From Rotaria sp. (Eukaryota): a stretch of DNA of 64,000 bases. The notes beneath the pieces were generated by a model. The model saw only the letters and a list, made by a program, of their open reading frames with translations. It was not told the DNA's origin and made no database searches. Of the stretch, positions 52,370 to 64,000 are shown one piece after another. The stretch's first letter is position 1. Each line of letters starts with the position of its first letter. The DNA lies in NCBI GenBank assembly GCA_905330235.1, contig CAJNUA010000046.1:311575-375574 (forward strand), given 5' to 3'. The position numbers and the translations under genes were made by a program.

Positions 52370-53225
52370 ACAACTGGATGTAGTTCTTTATTATTTTCAA
52401 CACTCGGAATTGTTTTCGGTGTATTATCCACTAAATAACTTGGATTATGCTGAACTTGATCTTGTTCAATAAGTGTTGAATTTGAATTATTCATTCGAAA
52501 TAGGCCAATCTGTTTCTTAAGTTCTTGATAAGCTTTATCAAAACCAAGCTTTGGAAAATCAACATAAATAAGTGCTGAAGTTAATACTCCAAGCCATCCA
52601 TCAGCTTTATAGTTGGTTGTCATCACTATTGGAATAATATGACAACGACGTTTAACTGCATAACTAGCTTCCATTTCACAAAAAGGACTCTGTTTGTAAG
52701 CATCAGACATACAAACAAGTACAAATTCTGCATTTTCAATAGCTTTAGCCATAGCATCAAATGTAGCACCATGCATCAATCGAGAATCAATCCAAACACG
52801 TAATTGATCTTTCTCAAGAGAATTTAGAATTCGATGACAAAGTTCTTTATCATTATGTGAATAACTTATCATAATATCATATTGTTTTTTGATTATCGTC
52901 GATGAAGAAATTGAAGAAGATTGTTCTTGAACTGTTTTGACTGTTGTTTCTGATTCTTTTTCTAATTTCCATATCAATGCAGTAGATACTAATTGTAGAT
53001 CTTGTTGTGGTGATGAAGTCAATGTTCGAACATGATTCATAAAAATGTCGTTGCCTTTGAGTATAGCAGCAAAGTCTTTGTTGAAAGCTAATGCAAGAAG
53101 AATTTGAAGTGCAGGAAGTTTTGCTTTGAGTGGATTGAATTGATCTTCGAGAGCACATCGAAGAAAAAGAGAGTGACCTTCTTGTTTGATTAATTCTTCA
53201 CGAATTTGATCATGCTGTGTTAATA
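52370..53225 (-). CDS. TIR-SAM (SARM1-like) protein copy 1, exon 2 of 3: linker plus TIR domain
   Basis: Acceptor tatttag|TATTAACACAG, donor GTTGT|GTAAGTCT. TIR domain DIMISYSHNDKELCHRILNSLEKDQLRVWIDSRLMHGATFDAMAKAIENAEFVLVCMSDAYKQSPFCEMEASYAVKRRCHIIPIV, with a Glu in FCEME aligned to the SARM1 catalytic Glu (KDWVHKEIV). Confidence 0.8.
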
Positions 53226-53683
53226 CTAAATAGAAAAAAGAAACACCAGTTTCTCAATGTCTATCTTAAAAAAAAACCTTTCTGATGCAATTTAAAAGAA
53301 AAAAAAAAAGAAATGCTTTCACTTCAACACATATAATATGTTACTTTAACTAAAGAAGGATCATACATTTATAAAGTCTAATTAGAATATTATTGTAAAA
53401 CAACATGGTATCAGACGAGTTGCTTTGTTAACTTAGATTGAAAGTTCAATAGATAGAATGAATCTATTCAAAGAATTGTTTTCACAGCTAGAGTTTGTTT
53501 AGAACAATAAAATGATTAAGTATCACACGTTTGATGAACGTAAGTGTTCTCAAAGAGTATTTTGCTAGTTTTACTGCTTGATGATGTACTCACTACAAAT
53601 AGTTGTGTTTCATCTAACTGAGCGGAAAAAAATTGCTTTTACCTTAATGTCTTACGTATGAAGAAAAGAGCTTAAAAACTCAC

Positions 53684-54458
53684 CTTTAAGACTTCGAAGA
53701 CTATTATGTAGACGACCTTCCGTTCGAATACCTCCATCAATAACATTTTTAATAAAAGTAATAAAAACAGTAGCAATTCTACTCGAATTTTGCAGTTGTT
53801 TTATATCTTCTTCTCCCATAATAACTGCTAGAATTCGATAGGCTTGTAAATGAATTTCATCATCATTATCTGATGTTCGTATAAGTACATTCATGAGATC
53901 GACTAACTGAAGGCTTTTAAGATAAATAACAAGCTCGCTGTCCAAAGTAAAATAGAAGAGAATTTGAAGAAGTTGTTGAACAAGAGGTATACCAGCTGGA
54001 TCTATTGTTACTTGATTTGATTCATTGACAAACATTAGAATACGTTTGATAGTATCAGCAATGCGTCGACATGTATCGCGCGTTTCATCACTAGTAATTA
54101 CATCACCAAGATCCATTCGAAATAATAGGTTAGTTATATGTAGTAGAATATTTATCATAGCTGAATTCCATTTGACATATGGTGGTCGACCAGTATAATT
54201 CTCACTAAGCCAGGTATTGAACCATTTGAGATGAGTACGTCGAATTCGTTCAATTATCTCTTGACGTCGATTACCTTCATACCAAGTAATTTGGTTTGGA
54301 TAATGCGTAAGCATAGTAAGCTCTTCATTTGAAAGAGAATTGGACTGTTCTTTAGCAACTTTTTCGAACATTTGTGTATACGTAGGAGAGCAAACTTGAT
54401 CAACAGATCTAGCTAATGTCTCGTTAAACTCTGTGCAGACAAATGCCATTGTTAACAA
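53684..54458 (-). CDS. TIR-SAM (SARM1-like) protein copy 1, exon 1 of 3: ~258-aa alpha-helical (ARM/HEAT-like?) N-terminal domain; total protein ~647 aa
   Basis: MLTMAFVCTEFNETLARSVDQVCSPTYTQMFEKVAKEQ...LRSLK. Donor AAAG|GTGAGT; phase 1 completed by exon 2. Confidence 0.7.
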
Positions 54459-57400
54459 CGTTTATTCATGAAAAAAATGTTTTAACGTGATGAAATAAAT
54501 AAAAAGTAACGTATTTTAAAAGGACATATATCAAGCTTATATTTTTATTTTTCTTGACGACAAAGTCTATATTAGCAACATACAGAAAGAAAAAGAAAAT
54601 GTTTCACGTTGTAGAAATTTCAACCACAATGAAATTCTTAACGTGTCGTTCACGTTGATTTTTGTTACAGAAGTTGTGAAATGACGGCAAGAAAAAAAAA
54701 CTCCTCTATCACCCTTCCTACAGCCATAAATACAGAACGTATAGAAAATAAGTAACTACTTCTCTTCAAGACAAAACAATACATTTACTATAAACAGAAG
54801 TAGATGGTTGATTCGAGTTAGAATATAAGTGAAGACGAAAGAACTTAAGTAAATCATTATACTTAACTAAAAACAACGTTTAACATTCAAAGACAGAAGT
54901 TTAATAATCAAAGCTATGATTTCAATGTTTTGGTTAGTTCTGATTAATTAAATTAATTAGTATCATCAATAACATTATCAAATCATTCGTGGACTTAATT
55001 TAATCTTCCTCAAAATAGTGTATTTAAAGTTCGATCTTGCTGTTCAGATAGACGAGCATTAGTAGTAGCTTTACAGCTGATGATCGCTGTTTTCATATCA
55101 TTAGTCTGTATTAAGAGATCATTTTTTAGGGAAATCATTAGTTTCGACTGTAGATATTTCAATTATGTTCTTATGATAAATTGTTTCCAATATATTTTGT
55201 TGACGCTCATTAAATATTCAAAATACTATTTAGAACTTTGGCGAAAGTTGATAAATATCATTAATGTGCTTTTTCTCAATTTTCCGATTGTTCATTGGAG
55301 ATATATGGGTACAAAGCCTTTCGTCTCGCTTTTCTGGTACTTTAACACAGTGCGATATCTTCGAACCTTCTTGTTGTGGTATCGTCGTCATCAAATGTTC
55401 TTTTCTGAATTCAGTGCATACTATCTCTTAAAGTATTCGTTTATTTTAATAACCTGCCTAGTCATTGCAAGATAGTTTCTACATATGCAAGACCTTCAGT
55501 ATCGGTTACCTCTTATTTTTCTGCAAATTTCGAATATCACTGTAGGCTATTTCTTTTATACACCTAATATCCGTTATTTTTCAAATAAATATCTTATTTT
55601 CTACAACCATACTGTGTGAGTCATCCACAAGGAAACTAAGATATTGAAATACTATCATATATGGTGGTAACTCCTTTGGTTTTCAAGGAATTTTTAAAAT
55701 ATAATTTTATAATATGTTTTACAAGTCTGGAAACGTTTATGCATGTTCTGATCTCTAAATTTATGCATTTTGTGAATTGAAAACAAATCAATCCATATTC
55801 AAAAACGGCCTTTAACTAATATGGCAGAATCTGTTTCGCAATCACTTTAATGATTTTCAGCTCATTTTCAATTTACATTATAATTCAACCTAAGTTTCTC
55901 TTTTGTTTTATTTGATTACTTATAGAGAGAGAGACTATTTTGCATTTTCTCATTTATTTCCGAAATGATATTTATCTCCCAAATCTTCATTTATATTTGA
56001 ACTCAAAAATTCATGATAACCATAGTTGATTACAGAATTTTGTTCTGTTTTTAATAATGGAACGATCCGAAACATCAGATTTTTCTCGTGATACAGATGA
56101 ATATATCAATCAAATGAGCCAATTTTCAAAATGAAAATGAAGCATCACTTTTTATTTTTAATCTTTTTTATAATTTATTGTTTTTATTCAAACTACTGCT
56201 TTTTTCTCATAAAGTGACTTATTGTAATCATTGAATAAAATATTGACTCAAGGAAATTTTGTTACTATTTAGAATAGCACGTTAATTTCTTTGCCATTAA
56301 AGTAAATTATTAAATAACACTTGATCGATTAATCAATTTGAACCAACGTCAAATAAGAATTATATTGCAAATGTGAACTAATTTAATTTGGCTTTTCGAA
56401 CTTCCCAATGATGATGATATATTAAAGTCGAAATTCGATCTAGAGAGTCAGCAAGATAAACAAGTCTAAGACATGCAGATCAGATTGAGATATCGACATT
56501 TTACTAGGTTTTTCAATTCGCGCAAAATTTGAAGTCGAAACTCGATAGTCAATTTTCCACGTGATCTGAGAGAGACCATAGGTTTTTGTTGAAAAACCCA
56601 GTACAATTTTGATATTTGATGAACAAAGGCCTGGAGAACCAAACCATTCGAGATTTGTCTACTACTCACTAGTACTACTCAAATGAATGCTGTCTCAGTC
56701 GAACAGCAATTTGACACTTGAAGAGATTTTCCCGTAAGTTTTCATCGAAACACCGCATAGAACTCATTATCGTAATAGAGTTGATTACTGAAATGAATCC
56801 TCATATTTTACAAGCGTAATTTGTATTGATGCGTCATTTATGAATAGTTTTATATAATTGTAATAACCTACTTTCACATGAAAATGAAAAATTTTCTAAT
56901 CTATGAAAAAGCTATCCGCATAATTCTAAGCTTATTATTAAAATTGACATCATATTAGGCTTGTGTTTTTGTGCTATTTTTCTTAATATGTTATTGTGGT
57001 TACAAAGCTGAAAACATTTGTGTTTATAATTAATCCTGATCTGTTTTATTTTTCATTAAGTATTATCTGACTATTATAATCTGTTCTAAGATTCAATTGA
57101 AACACATGTGATGTGTCACCTATCATGAACTATAATAACTATGACATTGGGACGAATGCTCGAAAATAAGATGATATCATCTATTATGCTCATGAATCAG
57201 AAAATCATAATAAATTATATTTGAAAGATCCAGAAAAAAAATTTAACATGAACAATTGTCAATGGTTCATAATCGATGATGCCGATATACGGACTACATA
57301 TATAGAGTTCCATGATACTTGTTGTTGATCTATTTAGAAAAATTTAGAATGATCAATGAAAAACGTCAGACACATCCAATTCAAATATAAATTTTGCGTC

Positions 57401-58283
57401 AAGTTAAAACATATTTCATAGCATTGATGTAAATCAGTCAAGAATATTTAGCTTTCGTCTACTGTGAAACATGGTCTAAAAAGAGTGCTGAATGTATATC
57501 AATGACGACTCATTATTATATATTGCATTTCTAGAAGATGAACTAAAAGAATGGTGAAAAAATGTGTCTGAAAGTAGATTGAATAAAACAATTTCTCAGT
57601 GATTAGTCATAGCTGTTACAACGTGTTTTACATTCTAATGCTGCAAGGGTTGCTCTAGCAACTTTGTTTTTGTTACCATAAAAACAACTGTTTTTGAATT
57701 CATATTGAATTTTCATCTACCATGTTCTTTGCAATTAGCGTTAAAAAAAACTATTAATCGTCATCAAACACCGACTTTCATTATTTTCTTTCTTCAACGA
57801 TTATGAAGTTTACAAAACATTATCATTCACAAAAACCTAGCACTTTTACTATTCAAAACTTTTAAGTGTCGTATATGTTCATTGATAATCTAGAAAACAA
57901 TTTATGATTACATCAAAGATAAAACTAATTTTATATATATTCATAATTTTTGTAAAGTTTTTACACTAAATATATTCCATAAGATGCGCATTCTTATAAT
58001 ATTCTACTTCAATAGAGGTCTTCTTTGGCTTATCTATCTGCTAATTGATATATTCTATGGAAATTTCTTCAGTCTTCTCAAAACCATTATGATATTCTGC
58101 TCGCTTTATTTCATCTGTATTCCTGACATTAAACGGTAACGTAAATAAAAAATATGTGATGCGATTCCAGTGTTCAATATACATTTATGAAAATCAGATG
58201 TGTAATAATAGAAGAATGAATAAAATTAGAATGGTCACTAATGTGTACAAAAAACAAATGACTTTGACGAAAAATACCATAAG

Positions 58284-58593
58284 TCACATAAGATTGCAAA
58301 CGCTCGATGCTGGATTCAATGAATTGCTAGCTGTAAATGGTATGTAGATTTTGATTTCTTCGAGAAAAGTAAGATAGTCTTTTAAACTGAGTGTTGCACG
58401 CTGAGATCTGTTAACATCTTCTTTCAGTGATAAAAACATTCCTTGTTGGTTGGCTTGACACATGAAGTAAGCTTGATGTAGTATTTTTCCGTTCATTCCT
58501 TCCATAACAGGCAAAAGTGCATCAAGCTCTTTATCAAGAAGAAATGATTTCACATGATCTTCAGTCCACATATCAATACTATGTGGATATTTC
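58284..58593 (-). CDS. TIR-SAM (SARM1-like) protein copy 2, exon 3 of 3: SAM domain, stop
   Basis: Acceptor ttttttgtag|G. Encodes (V)KYPHSIDMWTEDHVKSFLLDKELDALLPVMEGMNGKILHQAYFMCQANQQGMFLSLKEDVNRSQRATLSLKDYLTFLEEIKIY...NLM*, ~75% identical to copy 1. Confidence 0.75.
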
Positions 58594-58791
58594 CTACAAA
58601 AAAAAACAATAATTGCTTAACTTGGCATCATTCGGTCTATAATTATGGCTTTCTCATAAATTATGCATTAGATTCATGACGATGAATGGAAGACAAAATA
58701 AATTCACTAAACGTTACTCTCTACACTAATAGTTATAAAGAAGAGTAGCTCATGTCTAGAATGACAACTCCCATCGTTAAAATAGACTTAC

Positions 58792-59647
58792 ACAACTGGA
58801 TGTGGTTCTTTATTATTTTCAACATTCGGAATTGTTTTTGGTGTATTATCCACTAAATAACTTGGATTATGCTGAACTTGATCTTGTTCAATAAGTGTTG
58901 AATTTGAATTATTCATTCGAAATAGGCTAATCTGTTTCTTAAGTTCTTGATAAGCTTTATCAAAATCAAGTTTTGGGAAATCAACATAGATAAGTGCTGA
59001 AGTTAATACTCCAAGCCATCCATCAGCTTTATAGTTGGTTGTCATCACTATTGGAATAATATGACAACGACGTTTAACTGCATAACTAGCTTCCATTTCA
59101 CAAAAAGGACTCTGTTTGTAAGCATCAGACATACAAACAAGTACAAATTCTGCATTTTCAATAGCTTTAGCCATAGCATCAAATGTAGCACCATGCATCA
59201 ATCGAGAATCAATCCAAACACGTAATTGATCTTTCTCAAGAGAATTTAGAATTCGATGACAAAGTTCTTTATCATTATGTGAATAACTTATCATAATATC
59301 ATATTGTTTTTTGATTATCGTCGATGAAGAAATTGAAGAAGATTGTTCTTGAACTGTTTTGACTGTTGTTTCTGATTCTTTTTCTAATTTCCATATCAAT
59401 GCAGTAGATACTAATTGTAGATCTTGTTGTGGTGATGAAGTCAATGTTCGAACATGATTCATAAAAATGTCGTTGCCTTTGAGTATAGCAGCAAAGTCTT
59501 TGTTGAAAGCTAATGCAAGAAGAATTTGAAGTGCAGGAAGTTTTGCTTTGAGTGGATTGAATTGATCTTCGAGAGCACATCGAAGAAAAAGATAGTGACC
59601 TTCGTGTTTGATTAATTCTTCACGAATTTGATCATGCTGTGTTAATA
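58792..59647 (-). CDS. TIR-SAM (SARM1-like) protein copy 2, exon 2 of 3: linker plus TIR domain
   Basis: Same splice sites as copy 1; 856 nt, ~97-99% identical to 52370-53225 (only a few aa differences, e.g. GFDKAY vs DFDKAY). Confidence 0.8.
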
Positions 59648-59921
59648 CTAAATGAAAAAAAAATTATAAGTTTGTAAATGAGTGCGTTAGAAAGTATTTG
59701 GAGAGAAATTTATAATATGTCTAATTTTCAAAGTATATGCTGTTATAGCTATAGAATCAATATAAGGATTTTCTTTGGATCTTGTATTTACTAGGTGTTT
59801 CCTAATATATCGGTTGAATGAAAATTCGTTATTAAGATGATATATTCATCTAAGAGAATAGAAGAATTTTTTTGTTTTTTTTAATCATCATCATCCGTCG
59901 AAGAAGACAACTAAAACTAAC

Positions 59922-60696
59922 CTTTGAGACTTCGAAGACTATTGTGTAAGCGAGCTTCATAGGGAACGCCACCATCAATAGCATCCTTAATAAAAGTAAT
60001 AAAAACAATAGTAATTCTACTTGAATTCTGCAGTTGTTTTATATCTGCTTCTGCCATAATAACTGCTAGAACTCGATAGGCTTGCAAATGAATTTCATCA
60101 TCATTATTTGATGTTTGTATAAGTGCATTCATGAGATCGACTAACTGAAGATTTTTAAGATAAATAGCAAGTTTACTATCCAAAGTAAAATAGAAAAGAA
60201 TTAAAAGAAGCTCTCGAACAACAGGTATAGCAGTTGTATCGATGGTTATCGGATTCGATTTGCTGATGTTCAGCAAAATACATTTGATAGTATTTGTGAT
60301 TTGTCGAAAAGCACGACGCGTTTCATTGCTAGTAATAACATCATCGAGATCCACTCGAAAGAATAAGTTAGTCGCATGTAGCATGAGATCATTCATAACT
60401 AAACTCCATTTGAAATACGGTGGCAAGCCAGTATATTGTTTACTTAACCAACTATTGAACCATTTGAGATGAGTACGTCGAATTCGTTCAATTATTTCTT
60501 GACGTTTATCTCCTTGGTACCAAGTGATCTCGTTTGGATAATACACGAGTACAGTACGCTGTTCGTTTGAAAGATTATGAGGCTGTTCTTTAGCCACTTT
60601 TTGAAACAATTGTGCATATAAAGGAGAACAAACTTGATCAACAGCTCGAGCGATTTCCACTGTGGATGCTGTAGAGTTCTCAGTCATTGTTAACAA
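59922..60696 (-). CDS. TIR-SAM (SARM1-like) protein copy 2, exon 1 of 3: divergent N-terminal helical domain
   Basis: MLTMTENSTASTVEIARAVDQVCSPLYAQLFQKVAKEQ...LRSLK. Donor CAAAG|GTTAGT. Same 775-nt length as copy 1 exon 1, ~70% aa identity. Confidence 0.7.
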
Positions 60697-63102
60697 CGTT
60701 TATGTCTTACGAATTGTTAAAATATAATATTGCAACGCCAATAAGAAAAGAAAAAAAAATCTTACTTTTCTTTTTACGTTGATGCCAAGACGATGCAACA
60801 GAAAATCGACAGAAAGAAAATATAAACGTATCATGATATAAAATCTTCAGGCAAGATAGAATGTTAAACCTTTCTTCAGCTTTGCGTGTCATGCAGAAAT
60901 TATGAAATGATGTTAAGAAGAAAAAAAATTATATCTTCCACTACACTGAGTACCAAAAGATGCATCAAAGGAAATAGAAAACAATCGTTTCTCTACAAGA
61001 TAAACATAATCAAATTACTTATACACAAAATGATTTATAACTAAAGCTAGTAGTCAATATTCATCTTTTGAGAAATGAAAAGCAATTCTTTATTTTTTCA
61101 AGGTTACGCCATTTTTGTTCGGCAATGATATACTTGACGTCTTTAACCAAGTGCAATCTTAACAGGATTTATCTGTCATATACAATAGCAATGTCAAGTT
61201 TCTTTTTTTTTTTTAATTGGAACAGATTAGCAAAACTCACTGAAGAAGCAATTAAAGTTTATCCATAAAAGATATCTAGACAATTAGAGAGAACGGGAGG
61301 ATCCATCAAAACTGGGCGAATCTGCACAGAGCAGAGGAGGATAAATATCTCTAGATGTTCAAGACATCTACTGCGAATATTTTTCTCTTTTACCACACAA
61401 CTTTCTGCAAAATTTTCAGTTAGAAGAGCATATCTAAATAGGAAATAAGTTGAATATGAATCAAGGGTTTCCTACATAAGTTCTGAACTTCAACAAAAAA
61501 ATTAGTTTATAGGTAAACAAAGAATTATTACTATTCTACTATATCGATATGAGCTTCGAGTACTTAGGGCGATGTTTTCAATAGCATATTATCCGATGAC
61601 ATTATCCCTTTTAATAATACTGATATAAACAGAAAAAACGTGATAGTTAAGATCTTCAATTCGACCAGTATTTTTTTTTTAGAAACTTAAATGTGCTATG
61701 ATTTCATTGTATGTAAAGTAACAGAATTATACAAAGCGATATGTTGATGTAGGTATGGCTATTCTCTGTACTTGCACCTTAATTATCAGGTTTCTTCTAT
61801 TTATCTCACTATTATTCAAAGAGATAATGTCATCGGATAAGATGCCATTCAAAACATTGTCCTAAGTAGTCGAAGTCTATATAAATATATTTCGGTGAAG
61901 ATCACTCTTTGTTGACATATTAACTAATTTTGTTGAGGTTCAGAACTAATGGGATGGCCTTTATGGTGTTGAAATAATTGAAGATTATGTTACATAAGCA
62001 GGTATCTATTTCGTGAAGCAGTTATATGAATGTTGTTATATTGTCGAGGGCCATTGGTATTGAACTTCATTTTTTGTTTTTACTATTTTTGATTCGTTAA
62101 AATTCTATGCGTTTAGAAAACAAAAACTTTGCAATAGGTTAGATTTTTGTTTGTTGTTTATGCAATATGTGTTTTGTAGAGTTTGGTGATGCCAAAAGTC
62201 ATCCGAAATCGAAACCACAGCTTCGAGTGCTAAAAATGAGAAGAAAAAAAACGGTTCTGATTCAATTTCCAATATATTACATAGAACCTAAATCATTAAA
62301 TCATAAGATAAATACGAACAATTTAAATATATTTTCAAGAAATTGTCATTATTGAATTTGTTGAGATTAAAGACGCCATATATTTCAGTACTTAAGCAAA
62401 ACAAGATTATACACATATATTGTGAATTATGTAATCTCAAGAATAAAAAAAGTGAAGATTTCTCGATATAGACTTGAGAATTTTTTGTATCTATCTGAAG
62501 ATTTTATGCATCTGGTTCCAAGAAATTTGTAAAAAGTTTGTTCTAGTTCGATTCCAGTTTTGTTTTGGAACCATCGAACTCTACTGTTTTGTCTCGTTTT
62601 CTTCATATGTATATATTCATTTCTATGTTTAATATATCTGTTTAATAAACTGTTATTTAATAAAAAAAAGAAACAATATATTTGAACAAGCAGGCTCTTT
62701 GTGGAAAGTTTTTTTTTCTAGTGAACGTCCAGAAGGAGAGAGGATTGGTGAAAAAATGTCATTCTTACCTGAACATCTTTTATGTATGATTCCTTATTAT
62801 CTAACCATCCATGAAACACATACTATCAACGCAACTTTCTAATGCTTATATTATATTTAAGACATCATTTACATCTATTAAGGTGAGAAGATACGACGAT
62901 TTATGACAAGCATCAACTCTAGAACTTCAATTGTGTCTATTGATAATTAAGGGGAAAAATATATAATTTCAGACTACTAGAATATTAACCAATCCAAAAT
63001 ATGATTAGTTTATCTAATATCCGAGTTAGTTTTCATCATAGAAAGTGTGAATGAGAGCAATATTCTGGATTTTATTTAAAAAAATAACAAAAAAAAAAAG
63101 AT

Positions 63103-64000
63103 TTAAAAACTTGTTACATTTTCATCAAAATCTTCATCAAAAAGTTCTTTTAGAATTTTTTTTCGTTTAATCGATTCAATATATGCTCGATTTTCTACCA
63201 CATCAGGATGAGAAGGTGATAATGTTTTTAAAAATTGTTCAGTTGATTTTTCTACGCTCTCTATAGCTTCATCCAATTTTCCTTGACTTGAATAAACAAG
63301 TGCTACATTAAAAAGTGTTATCCCAACTAATGAATGATTTTCTGGTAAAGATATTGATGCAATTTCAAGACTTTTAAAATAACTTTTTAATGCATCTGAA
63401 TATTGTTCTTCTCGATAATACATTAAACCAATATTATTATAAAGTAATGCAAATGATGGATGTGTTAATGGTAAATATTCTTGTTGACATTCTAAAGCAA
63501 GTTTTAAATAAGTCAATGATTCATGAGATCGGCCAATTTTTAAATAAACATTTCCAACAGTATAATACGAAGAACCTAATGTACTAGGATTACGTGGTAC
63601 AATACGTTCTTGAATTTCAATTGATTTCTTATAGTAATATAAAGCATCGTTATATTTAAGTTGTACAAGATATGTATCACCTGCATTATCATAAGCTAAT
63701 GCAAGTTCATTATCATGTGGTTCAGTTACTTGTTCAAGAATTTTTAAAGTACGTTGAAATGATTTAATAGCTTCGGAATATTTTCCTTGTTTTGACAAAA
63801 TAATGCCTATATTATTTGTATAATTACAAATAGTAAGTAAATCTGGAGTGTTTGAACGAAGTTGTACACCAAGTGCTTTTTGATAATATTCATGAGATTT
63901 TTCACAATTATCTAGACGTAAATACATTCCAGCAATATTACCATAAAGTGAAGTTAATTCTAACGTATTGGGTGACATAAATCGAAGAAATGCATCTAAT
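63103..64000 (-). CDS. TPR-repeat protein (kinesin-light-chain-like TPR array), C-terminal part; ORF continues upstream beyond the window edge
   Basis: Seven or more 34-aa TPR units (AGMYLRLDNCEKSHEYYQKAL, YDNAGDTYLVQLKYNDALYYYKKSIEI, YNNIGLMYYREEQYSDALKSYFKSLEI, LFNVALVYSSQGKLDEAIESVEKS). Stop at 63103. The frame stays open from 63978 to 64000, so the N-terminus (possibly an NB-ARC or other domain) is outside the window. Confidence 0.75.
   Translation of the reverse strand, partial: LDAFLRFMSPNTLELTSLYGNIAGMYLRLDNCEKSHEYYQKALGVQLRSNTPDLLTICNYTNNIGIILSKQGKYSEAIKSFQRTLKILEQVTEPHDNELALAYDNAGDTYLVQLKYNDALYYYKKSIEIQERIVPRNPSTLGSSYYTVGNVYLKIGRSHESLTYLKLALECQQEYLPLTHPSFALLYNNIGLMYYREEQYSDALKSYFKSLEIASISLPENHSLVGITLFNVALVYSSQGKLDEAIESVEKSTEQFLKTLSPSHPDVVENRAYIESIKRKKILKELFDEDFDENVTSF

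Noticed and set aside
52877-53158. 93-aa ORF overlapping the TIR exon in another frame (also 59299-59580 in copy 2)
   Set aside because: Alternative-frame ORF within a well-supported coding exon; low-complexity Ser/Cys-rich sequence with no independent support.
60242-60472. Plus-strand 76-aa ORF antisense to copy-2 exon 1; likewise 16476-16673 and 47543-47767
   Set aside because: Antisense ORFs inside confidently called minus-strand CDSs.
1-64000. CRISPR arrays, rRNA genes, prokaryotic operons or phage-defence islands
   Set aside because: No regularly spaced direct repeats with unique spacers and no rRNA-like conserved blocks. Genes have spliceosomal introns and long AT-rich spacers, so the context is eukaryotic.

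Overview
The window is AT-rich (roughly 30% GC by eye), gene-poor eukaryotic DNA. Short introns with GTAAGT-type donors and polypyrimidine-AG acceptors can be read directly, and intergenic tracts are long. Interstitial (TGTGGG)n blocks match the telomeric repeat reported for bdelloid rotifers, so I interpret the window as a repeat-rich, possibly subtelomeric region of a bdelloid (Adineta-like) genome; that is an inference. Protein-coding genes I can support, all on the minus strand unless stated: a Thr-rich mucin-like repeat ORF; an intronless pentapeptide-repeat protein with an N-terminal TM helix; a 2-exon AIM24/DUF124-family gene; an intronless secreted alpha-carbonic anhydrase on the plus strand; an RNI-type leucine-rich-repeat protein; a 2-exon Ariadne RBR E3 ubiquitin ligase with a 2.3-kb intron carrying a foldback element; two tandem 3-exon paralogues of a helical-N-terminus/TIR/SAM (SARM1-like) gene; and a C-terminal TPR-repeat gene running off the 3' window edge. 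Much of the rest is repeats: foldback/MITE-like elements, a ~2.5-kb composite foldback region built from ~120-bp subrepeats, coding-like minisatellites, and four head-to-head telomeric-repeat pairs. The most interesting signal is the tandem TIR-SAM pair. The TIR exon and about 25 nt of flanking intron are ~97-99% identical between copies, while the N-terminal and SAM exons are only ~70-75% identical, a concerted-evolution pattern typical of immune effector modules. The pair sits next to LRR, TPR and RBR-E3 genes. No rRNA, CRISPR or prokaryote-style operons were seen.
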